From positions 114,353 to 178,352 of the forward strand of contig NMRA01000004.1 of assembly GCA_002633005.1 (NCBI GenBank): 64,000 bases of DNA. The letters run 5' to 3'. Position numbers and translations under genes: made by a program. Shown here piece after piece: positions 38,401 through 50,400 of this stretch. How positions within the stretch are numbered: position 1 is the first letter of the stretch; every line of letters begins with the position of its first letter. The DNA comes from Phoronis australis (taxonomy: Eukaryota > Animalia > Phoronida). The notes beneath the pieces were generated by a model that had not been told where the DNA came from, searched no databases, and saw only the letters and a program-made list of their open reading frames with translations.

Positions 38401-41400
38401 GTTGTGTTGTTTATTTCCTTCATCTTCTCTTTCTAGGAACTTGGTCCTTTCTGTTTTGTTTTCCGCTTACGGTCATTTAAGTTTCAACTAGAGAATTGAC
38501 AGCTGAATAATACAAAACTAGACAATACATTTACAGTTGATTACACCCATTGTAAAAATAAAGAATCATTTGCCTTTTATGTGTGAGGTCTTCTCTGCAT
38601 AATGTTTGTCATTTGGTTAGTTATTTGACCTGGTTTTCTTGATAGCCTGTGTGCCTAGCTCCTGTTGAACAGCACAAGTTGTGCAAAATTACTACTTTGT
38701 TATGTAGCCTGAAGGTTTATAGTACTGTGTGTGAAAAACATGCATGAGGTCTTACAAACCTTGTCGAGTTCCCATTGTGTAGTATCAGTTTAGTTAGCAC
38801 TATAATGTCAACGGATGTTGAATAAAAATGCATGTCTTCTGATCTCGCAAAATGCCTGTTGACGACATGAACGTGATCACTAGTCTTGTTCATTTTGCTT
38901 TTTCAGGTTTCCTATCGCAGAATGGGACACAATGAAATTGATGAGCCAAAGTTCACCCAGCCCCTCATGTATAAGAAGATTGATAAGCACACCCAGGTGT
39001 TGAAGAAGTACGCAGAGAAAGTCATCGCAGATGGTGCAGTCACCAAGCAAGAGTTTGAGGTTAGTCATTTGAAACAGTTTTGTTCTCTGCTCATACTGGA
39101 CAAGACTTGAGGTCAAGGGTCATGATAGACAGAGGGGACAAATACTGTTTGGTAGCAACAGTTGCTTATGGTTTGTAATTAGTGAATTGGGAGACAATGC
39201 TATGTCTTTTGTCCATTGCAACAACATAGGTCTGTGATTGGGAGCTGGGATAAGAGGCTGTAAGTTTTGTTGTTCAAGTCTCTATTCCTTGAACCTTCGA
39301 AAATTAATAGTTAGGGTTATTTTTAATGTGCATTTGGTCTTAAGGGACTGACAGTTTTATTTTTTGTTAAAATTTTGTTTGATTTTCATATTTTATACTC
39401 TAATCTTTGCCTACAATTGTGCAAAAAAATGTGAAGGTCATTAAATTACGTTTTCCAATACCGCCACCAAAACAAATGCACTTCATGGATTTCTAAAAAG
39501 CCACGGTAATTAAATTGGTGATTGAAATCTTTTTGAAAGTGGATTTCTTTGTACAATTTCAGTTTTATGTTTTAACGGATTTATGTTTCCCGGTTTATTG
39601 GTTTTTTATGGTGGCGTACGTAAATGTTTTTATTCTGCATTTTCAGTGTCTAATATTTTATCGTATTGGCTTCTACACAACAAATTGTGCTGTTAATTTT
39701 TTCTTTTCTTATTCTGGTGCTCATCATGTTTTCTATAAAATAGAAAATTAGCACTCTGACTTTTGAGCTATCCGAGCTATTTTAGCTCAAACAGTGTCAC
39801 ATAAGAACAGGAAATTCAAAAGCGTGCCAATTACCCACAATACATTTCACTTGATGGCGATGATGTTATGTTGTTGGAATTTTCAAATAAATTTTAGTTG
39901 TTGTGAACAATGTTGAGAAGTTTTACGAATGAATTTAAAATTGCCATTTGAATTAAGTCTCCCATAATGTCAACACTTGAACTCATTGCCTACTGTTTGA
40001 TATGACATCATTGTCAAATTTGATGTTGCGCGCCAAAATAACAAAAATTCAATACAAAATAAATATTTTTTCAAAGTAATTTGTGAGGCAAAGTAAACTA
40101 AAAAGTCCTTCAAATTTTGTCTATGAGTTTGTCATTGCTGTAAAGCTATGACTGCTTCACGGCTTTTTTGCAAACTTTGTTGAGCCCACTTGAGAACTTT
40201 TCTTTGAATTAATGTTAACAGGCTGGGGTGTTTCCATGGACACTGGAACACAATTGATTGAGATTTGTTGTAATAGTGTTAAATTTTAGGTTATTTATTC
40301 GTTCTGATTTTCTTGAATAATCAATTTTTGCTGTTCAAACCCTAAGCAAAGAATTTCTGTCATTGCAATGCCTTTTACAGGATGAGATATCAAAATATGA
40401 CAAAGTCTGTGAGGAGGCGTATATAAATGCCAAGAAAATGACTGCAGTGAAGAACTCTGATTGGCTGGACTCCTACTGGGGCAACTTTTTCGGTACCCGG
40501 GACCCCATGGACATGCCAACCACTGGAGTCTCTGAGGACATACTCACAGAAGTTGGCAACAAATTCAGCAGCCATCCCAGTGATTTCAAGGTGCACAGAG
40601 GTAGGAACTTCCAAATTGTTGTCAGAAAATGGTTTCCTATTATCTCCAGTGTTACGTTTACTCACCAGCTTCCATCCATTTGTAAGACCAAGCGCTGAGG
40701 AGTAGGAGACATATTTGTAGCACACCATCTACCAATGTTGACCTGTCTCTCCCAAATACAAGCAGTTTTCAAACAATTGGGCTGTTAGGCAGTGACATGT
40801 CATCACTCCTGGCTCTCTCTCCCTCTCATACTTTGGTGTCTTCTGTTAATCTATGCACAAATTGTGTTGTTCAGCATGTATTTTACTGTCTTAGATACAA
40901 ATTTCTAGTGTGTTTTCATACTGGTGGTTCATAAGAATGTCTGATGGTGTGGTGGGGACAGAAATTGCAATTGTAAAATAAGAAATATCATGTAGCTTAC
41001 TGCATGGTTTGAGGTCATTGATGTGATTCTTGGCTGATTTCAAACTCAATCACGTGCCAGATTAAGGAGCAGAAATACCGAAAATTACTGGGGAATGGAC
41101 TTGAAAATTCTCTAGTCAAATTAGTGGAAAATTTACTTAAATTGTAACACTCAGTTGTTGAGTTTCGAGATGAGTCTCTGGTAATATTTGGTAGGGATGT
41201 GAATGGAAGTTGCTCAGAGTGCTGAACATAAAGTTCTTGAACTTTGATTCAGAATATTTGTTACCTCACCACAGGTATTACGCGTATCCTTAAAGGCCGT
41301 GAGGACATGGTGAAGGCACGCGAAGCCGACTGGGCCTTGGGCGAGGCTCTGGCATTTGGTTCACTGCTCAAGGAGAACGTGCATGTTCGCCTGAGTGGAC

Positions 41401-44400
41401 AGGATGTAGAGAGGGGAACGTTCAGGTATGCAGTTTGGTCAGCTGGATTTTAAAATGGTAATCGGGTTGTAGAAGAAAGCGATGAGTGAATCCCTGGCAC
41501 TTGGTGTTGTGCTGAGACTGGGTATCCAGGTTAGATTGAGGGGATGAGATGTGAAGTAGGATACATTCAGGTGCGTAGAGTGGTTAGGTAGGTGTTGATG
41601 TTTTGACCCAAATGATAATGGTTGTAATGTGGAAGGTGGTTGAAGTTTTGTTGTGTTGCTTTTTGCTGAAAAAGAATTTGTGGATTAGGTCTGGGGGACA
41701 GGATGTAGAAACATGGACAGTAAGGTGTTCAGTGGTCAGATAGGGTGAGTAATTTTGTTGGGTAAAATGTATGATGCAGTGGTGGATGGGGATGTGGCCT
41801 TTTGTTATGAAGAGTGCGGTTTACAACGTGGTTAGGGGAAAATTACTTAATGTAATCAGGAAAGCGGATGTCTTGCCTTGTAGCTTGTGTTCTAACTTAA
41901 GTTTATCTTGTTCCTCGCCATACATTTTGTAACCCAATAGATATCAATGGTGCTGTGAAATGTTAGTAACAGTGTACTGTGTTATTCAGTCATCGTCACC
42001 ACGTGTTACATCATCAAGAGATCGACAAGAAAGTGTACGTGCCACTCAACGATCTGTCACCTACACAGGCTCACTACAGCGTGTCCAACAGTTCTCTGTC
42101 AGAGTTCGCTGTACTCGGTAAGTACACCTCTCCTGTCTTTGGTAGCTCCCTCGTACTGTACTGGGCATGTCCTGTGTATTTCAGGCATTGGACTGCCTAC
42201 AATCTTTTTTTGTACCATAGCTCTACTGCGGGTTATATGTGATTTTTATAAGAAACAATTATAACAATGACTTTGTAGTTGTTATGCAAATATAAAGGAC
42301 TAAAAAGGAAAGGGGGGCTTTTTATTTGATTTATATTTCCAAGTTTGTGTGACGTTCAGCTTAGTTTGAAAACTGCTGGTAATTTCTGATACAACATGAT
42401 ACTTACGGATGAAGCTCTTACTCCCCCTAGGTTTCGAAGTCGGCTACTCAATGACTTACCCTAACGCGCTGGTATGCTGGGAGGCTCAGTTTGGTGATTT
42501 CCACAACACTGCCCAGCCCATTGTGGACCAGTTCATCAGCAGTGGACAGGCCAAGTGGATCCGTCAGTCGGGGATAGTAATGATGCTGCCCCATGGCTAC
42601 GAGGGAATGGTAACGTATTGATGTAACGATGGCAGGTTACTTTGTTGTGTATTATTAATAATAGTAATTATAGTAATAAAGAGGGCCTTGTGGCACAAAA
42701 CCTGTTCTCAGAACATCTTAGCATCTTGCTGAAATGGACTTGGGGTGGGTGGAGGGGGCTGCTTTGGCCAAAACCATGCCTCAAAGGCGACATGGTCTAC
42801 CGGGTTCTTATTCATATCTCTGTTTTAGTGCAACTTCTCAGTTTGTTTCTTTGACTTGGGATTTGGTATAAAGAGGTGGTTTTCTTTGTCTTTGTCTGAG
42901 CACTAACTGGCCTCTATATAGTTCATAAAATGGATCCCCATAACTCCAAAGTATCGTCTTTAGATGACTTATGGACAAAATTCTGTTAAGTAATCTCAGT
43001 ACACAGTGCGAGAGGTTCTTTTCATGAAGTTCCAGGCAGGTGGCACCCATTGGCTCTATGTAGTCATTTTCCATTGCGTCGTGAACGTCACTGGTCAGAC
43101 ACATTGGTATCTAGGTACTAGCCTCCATTGTTTTGCTAAGAGCAAATTAATGGGACATCTCGGCATATTTTTGTTTTTTCAGGGTCCGGAACATTCAAGC
43201 GCCAGGTTGGAAAGGTTCCTCCAGATGAGTAGTGAAGACGCTGACCACTTCCCAGTAAGTTGCCACTAAGTATTAGCTACGATACTGTCAGCTTACATGC
43301 CTTATTAAAATTAACAACCTTTATCAGGTTATGGTGAAGCATTGGTTTTTCACTTTCATCATCACTGTGTCATACATGTTTGATTACATTTCGGGCCGTG
43401 TTTGTGATCCTCCTATTTATGTTCTCTCCAAATTCTTGGACAAGTGCCATTTTTAGTTCGCTTCCCTGTTCTATCCTTACTTGATTACAGTTTGGAATTT
43501 CCTCTCGGCAAAAAGTCTAACTTCACTTGTCATGTTGTGTTCATTTATATCTGTCAGTGATTTGTCCTGAATGGGAACATTCATTTTGTGCACTGGTTGT
43601 CACGGTGATGTGCTGTTTTAACGGTGGATCATTTGGCTGACCATTTGTCTGTAGAGGTAAGATCAACACCCCTGCCGGTGTTAGTGTGAACTATGGGGTA
43701 TCCTGCACCTTCCATGGGTGGTAGGTGGTTTTTTTGAACTGCTGGGAGGCCAGCGCCCCCTGTAGTCATCTGTGTGAACTGCAAGAGCTTTGTAATGATT
43801 GTGGTATAATGTCTATCAACAAAACTGCTGATTTCTGTTGACGCAGTAACTGCGACATTTACTCTCAGTATTTGTTATTTAAAACAAAACTTATGTTAAC
43901 TTTTGACAGTTTTCAGTGAAAAAGTGTTGTTTTTCTTATCTTAAGTGTGTCGATGTTGGTATGGGTTTGTTTACTTCAAGTGTGGCTCTGGAGAGAGTTT
44001 GATGCGGCAGTAATCTGAAACCACTGCACTTGCAGCACTCGATCTGGCAGCTTGCAGGTCATCAATGCAACCTCAGATTGTGTTTGGTCACCTAGGAAAA
44101 ATCTTAAGTCGCCATGAAGTCACCACAGCGAGTATCAAAGTCGAGCAATAATTTCCCCTAAATTCGTTTAAAAGTTCGTGTTGACTTCCAAAGTTTGAAT
44201 TACTAACAGTTTTTCTAGATTTATTACCTTTGATTGACAGTCGTTCCGTTTATTTCGTGAAATCAGTGCATTTGCTACCACAGCAGTCAACACACGGCAA
44301 ACACGTGCAACACAACAGGAAGTAAACAAACTGAAGTTGGAATTGTTCTCCAAATTCGGGCAAGATTTGATTAAGTACGTCATGCTACCCATGTATGCGA

Positions 44401-47400
44401 TCGTCTGCTTCCCATGTTTGCTCAGTGGCGGAGAATGTACATATGCACCATATGCACATTTACGGGAAAATTTGCTTAGGTACACCGTAAAATACTGTGA
44501 ATCTGGCATGTTACGATCATATTACCTTTTTTGCTTGAAAAATTTCACTAAGGATTGTCAATTTCAGAATTCCTTTTAGTGACCTCAGATTTTCTGTTCT
44601 GGCGACCTCAGATTTTTTTTGGCCACTTGGAATTTTTACCAGGTCGCCCAAATGCGACTTGGCATTAAGCTACTCTTATCTAACAAATGATCTCATTCAC
44701 TGCGTTTTTTGTGTTGAGTTGTGTCAGTGTCACAATGCTCATCTGCTTATACAGTGAATGACTTTTTGCACACACTGTTTGCATGAGGAGGAGAGTCAGT
44801 GCAGTTCTATTACATTTCTTTCCTTTTTTGACGATGCCAGCACCATCTGTGAAGTCTTAATAATTTTATCACTCTTCATTTTGTTTTTTCAATATTTTCT
44901 GTGACAACTTAACGGAATTGGAGGAAAGTTTGAGCGTGTTCTTTGGGATCCTTGGACTAAGACACCATTCTGTTCAACTCTTGACCCCAGATTTACCATA
45001 CCTGATCGAGTGAACGCTCAACTCCAGATTTCAAAATTTACACTCACCACCCATGCTCTCCCCTAATTTATATGATCAAAAATTCCTTATTGGAAAAATT
45101 CATGTATTCTCCTTCAGATTTATTTGGCTTTTGACTCTAAGGTTAATATAATTCTTTAGGTGTTTACTAGAATCAAACAGATTCAGCTAAACGCCCATTC
45201 AAGACTTCTACTAAAAAACTTCAGTTTTAAACACCCAACCCCTGAATATTGAACTTCAAAACGGAAGAGTACGATCTCATTGATTATTTTTGAAACGGCT
45301 TGAGGATGGCTGATGATTTTCGGATGGTGCTTCCTAGTTGCAGTTTTTTGCGTCTATGGCTGTATCTCCCAAACCCTCTGCGGGATCTTGACAAGTGTAT
45401 TTATGTGAAGTTGGCAACGGACATTGACAACATTTGGATGAATCCGACTACTGCTGTACCCCACTTGTGACAAATTTTTTGTTCTCCTCTGTGTCTTTGA
45501 AATTCCTTGGCATATTTTCATTAAATTTGATAAACAGGTTTCAATTATAGAGTCAACTGGTTCCCATTTTCGAATAGATTTCAAGTATAGCGGTCGTTTT
45601 TATTATCATGAAATTTTACAAGTAGGTTTCTATTCAGGAGGTGACGACGCCTTCCCATTTTGGGTGGATTTGACGTATTCTGCGCCACTCGGTTGCCCTT
45701 TTAAATTTTTTTGAGTACGTTTTTGACTTCACCTTCTCCATTGACCAAACCACTAGAAGAATCATTATTTAAATTTGAAGATGTGTTTCTGATGAGAAGA
45801 CCGAGGTTGACTTTGATTTTGGATATGTCGACGGCTGTATCTCCTTTAGCCTTTAGAAGATCTTTCTGAATTTTAGCAGATGTGTTCCTTTAAAATTAGC
45901 GCGTACGTAAATAAAGACTTGTTGATCTGAAGTTTCGGTTTATTACTTTAAACCATTCTCAAGGCAACAGACGTCGGATCAACATGTCTTAATTTACGTA
46001 CACGCTAATTTCAAAGTTCTTGCTTCAGTCTGTTTTTGCCTAAGACAAATGTGATCAGACGTGTTCCTATGAAGATGACTACAGATGACGAAAAGTTTCA
46101 GACGAATCCAACTACGGTACAGCTGGGCTCTCTAGTGACAATTTTATTTTTTACATTTGCCTCTGTAACGTCAGAGTTCCTTCATGCTTTTTCGTGAAAT
46201 TTGATTGACAAATTTCTATTATGAAGATGACAGCAGCTTTTCTTTTTGTGATGGAGTTGATGTTTTCTGTATGAAGCGTTAACCCTGCCTGTTTATTTTT
46301 GTCATCTGCTTCTGTATGTGCCAAATCATGTAGAGGGTCCTTATGAAAATTGGCAGATGTGTTGCTACTGACGAGCATGACTGACGTGGATTTTCAAATG
46401 GGTCCAAGTACTGTGGTGCCCTCTCTATTGACATTTTTTGCATCTATGGTTGTATCTCCTTAACCCCTTGCAAGATGTTTTGAAATTTTGCAATTGTATT
46501 CCTATTAACTTGACAGCAGGTGGATGGATTCGACTACTGCTGTGGTTTCTAATGGCAGTTTGTTTTTTTATGTTTGTCTTTGTATCCTTTGAGTTCTTTG
46601 ACGGATTTTCATGCAATTTGGCAAATAGTTTCAAGAGACACCTTCCCATTTTTGGATGGGTTCAATATATTTTGTCATCTAATAGCCATTTTTTATGATA
46701 CAAATAAAGACCCCTAGAAGCACACCATTTGCGTTGCAGCCGTGGGTGCATTTCAACGCTAAGCGTTGTTCTTGTATGTGTTCCAGCTTCTTTGTGGACC
46801 ATTGCAGGTTCACCAACCATGTTATGTTGCACCCCTGTACCCCAGTTCTACTTCACTGGGTTTTGGTTACCTGCCTCACTGTATACGTTACTAGTTTGAA
46901 GAAATAGGGACGGAAAATGTGATGTCATTGTACTGAGATAGCCTAGCAGATTTCACATCTTGGTTCTAACTCTCCACTTCTCTGTTGTAAATTACATTTG
47001 GTAAAAAGTTGTAACAGAAAAATCACTAGTTTAACTATCATGTTTTAAAGAACATAAATCTATGTTGTACAGATGCTGTGACTGTGTGACATGAGCTTTA
47101 GCTTTTAAAGATGTTACTTTGTTGAATTCTGCTGATTTGAACGAATGTTGGCTTAAGTAAATATACCACTGCTACACTGCTCATCTCCAATTCAGAGTAG
47201 ATTCTAAGGGCATCACGTCATCTCTTTACGTCTCTGTTCAGTGTCTCTAGGAATTCTCTTTTCTTCATTAGCTGGAAGGTTATGGTTTAAGAAATCCCTA
47301 ATTTCTAGTCCCTTTCCACTTGAAACAGTTATATTTCTTCCGACCCAATAAGATGATATCACCGATACCACGATGTCAAAATTTCCTCAGGAGACAATTA

Positions 47401-50400
47401 TAGTTCATAGGCTGAAATCCCAGGAGTTGGTAGCACTTCCCCACCAGTTGTTCACGCTGGAGAACCCCCCCCTCGCCTCCATTTTAGTAACACAACAAGC
47501 TCCAAAAATGATTCAATCCCTGGGTCTTATTACCCACAAGCCTCTACTTGACAGCTGCATCACCACAATCAAGTGCCTTAAGTCTTCTGTCTGCCGGATT
47601 CTTACGTCACAACTAAGCACCAGTAAAATATAAATTACTCAGTGAAGCCAAACATGCATCAAGGCAACGCAGTTCACTCCATCATGCTATTGCACAAAAA
47701 GTGCATTTTCAAATTCTAAAATGTTAATTTTTTTGCTTTCACTACAAGTCGTTTGTGCTGACTTAAGCACTTGCCCGCGGAGAGTACTGACATGCAGCTT
47801 GTGATTGCATTGATAGAACCAAATGGTGGTAGTTCATTCTAGTGAATTAAAAAGCAAACATTGTATGACTGCAAACGTGGTATCGATTGTTCCTTTTGCC
47901 ATCCTTAGCATCTGGAGGTTTTTTTCAAAATCTCAACGTTTTGGGTTTTGATCGAATAAGTTATTGACTTTTGATCTGAGGCCCAAACAGAGTTGCTTTG
48001 CATGAATTACTTCTAGAATGTAATCATATAATTAAACAAACATTGACGTTCGCACTTGGTTAATATGTTGGGTCTTCGAGACCTTCCCCTCCTCAGTCAT
48101 TTTCACATTTTTGTGGTCAGAAAACCAACATATTGACCTCTGTGAAAGTCAGTAATTGTATGTTATGGTCAGATTCTCCAAGCTTCTCTTTACGGCACTG
48201 CATGTCACAATTGTGAATTCATTTTTACACTGAAGTGAAAAGGGAAAATTCTTGATTTTCCCATGTACCACCAACCTCAACACTGATGGCTGAAATGTGC
48301 GTGTGGTCAATACTGAAACCATGCAGCAATGGCATGTCTGCGCTTGTATTTCTGTCGTTTCAATATGAACACCTGGTTACTATGGAAACATGATTGTTTT
48401 TCAGAAACAACAGGACCACTTTGAGATGCAACAGCTTCATGAAACCAACTGGTTTGTCTGCAACCTTACAACACCGGCCAACTTGTTTCACGTCATGAGG
48501 CGACAGATTGCGCTACCGTTCCGCAAGCCTGTGAGTTGTTGGGGGCCTGCGCATCAAAAATGCTTTTTACTGCATTTGGATTTTTTGTTTTTACAAAGTG
48601 TAATTAATAAACTCTAAAATAGAAAATGTGCAAAGTGCATTATTTTATAAAGTTGGAAAATGAAATAGTGTTACATACCTGATCATTTTCAAAAGACTTG
48701 TGATTTACATGAACATAATTTTTTTGTTGATGTAAATTTGTCTGGGCTTTAACCTTTATATAAGTACTACAGTTTAATTTATAGTACTGTTGTTCAATAA
48801 CTAGTTTCCGGAGTGTGTTTTTCAGTCACTTGTTCCATTTCTTACAAATTCTTTGCCTGTAGTGACCAGTGGTCAACCATCTTCCATTCCATTTCTTCCA
48901 AATTCTTTGCCTGTAAGTGACCAGTGGTCAACCATCTTCTAGCTCATTCTGATGACCCCAAAGAGTCTGCTGCGTTTGCCAGAGGCCAAATCCAGCTTTG
49001 ACGAGATGACTGAAGGGACGTGGTTCCAGCGGTTCTACCCCGAGGCAGGTGTGGCGAGCAAGGACCCATCCAAGGTGAAGAAGCTACTGCTGTGTTCGGG
49101 CAAAATCTACTACGAACTTGTGAAAGAGCGGGAGACAGCTAAGCTCAATGACACCATCGCCATTGCTAGAGTGGAACAAGTATGTTTCTCATTAAATTAA
49201 ACCAGTTATGAACTCGTCCTCTGTCACAAAAACTAAATTTAGAGCACTTACTGTCATGACATTGGTATCAAATTTTTCATTTACTATAGTAATAATAGAC
49301 GTGATTTATGGATTTGAAAAGAACATTTGTTCATTATTGTTTGAGATCAGGCTCTGCCAGTTGACATTTTATTTGTCGAACATGATTTGGAGGAATCATG
49401 AACTGTCAGTTTTTTGTCAGACCAAAAATCAATTCTCATCAGAGTAAGAACCCAGTTTAGAACATTTTTGTGGTGCTAAGTAGTCTAAAGAAAATATCAG
49501 TTTATTTGATGGAATGTAGATTCATTGCAGCTTTTACTGAATGTTGTTTGTACCTGTATGTATGTCATTCATTGATTGACATGAAACACTATCAAAAAGA
49601 CCGTTGCGCTACTGCTTTGAATTTTTGTTTTCTTCATAGTTATTTAATGGAAAGCAATGAAAAACATGAACAGATGGGAAAGTGGTGGAATTTAATCTGC
49701 CTTCGTGGGCCATTCAATATCATGTAGTGTAGCGACCTAAAAATGAAAGACAAGTACTTCTATCATCAGAGCATTTGCTCGGCTCTCTTGGTTCTTAAAT
49801 TCTTACCCACCTTGCTTAAAATTTATGTCAAACTGCGTCCAGAAGAATAAATTCGCAACGCTTTTTCTTCCAGATTTCGCCGTTCCCGTTTGACATGGTG
49901 AAGGACGAACTGGTGAAGTATCCTGGTGCCACCTTGTGTTGGGTTCAAGAGGAACACAAGAACATGGGCGCATGGACTTACATCCAGCCGCGTGTACACA
50001 CGGTGCTGAAGAAGATAGGACGCAAGCCACACATCAAGTGAGTGTAGCCCATGTCAAACCCCTTCTTCTGTGTTTACTTGAGGTGTCTTGGATGTGTCTC
50101 ATTGAACATTTTGGTGGCACCTTTGCCCATATGGAAGAGAGCACCACCTAGTTCATTATCTCTTGTCAGCAAAAGCAATGGATACTCCTGTGACTGAAGT
50201 CATTAAAATTACTCTAAACTGTTATTTCATTTTTGGTCCAAAATATCATCTGATATATATAATATGTCCTGGATTCATGTGCAGAAATCCAATCAACATT
50301 GATCTTACGTCTCGTTTGATTAATATTGAGCACTGGCCCAATTTAAAACCAGGTGGCACTGCAAATAATTATGTGTCATGTGATTTGACAGAGTCAACAC

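Noticed and set aside
43981-44150. Possible alternative exon 16 (LQVINATS resembling WFVCNLTT)
   Set aside because: In-frame TGA upstream, no further similarity and no fitting splice sites.
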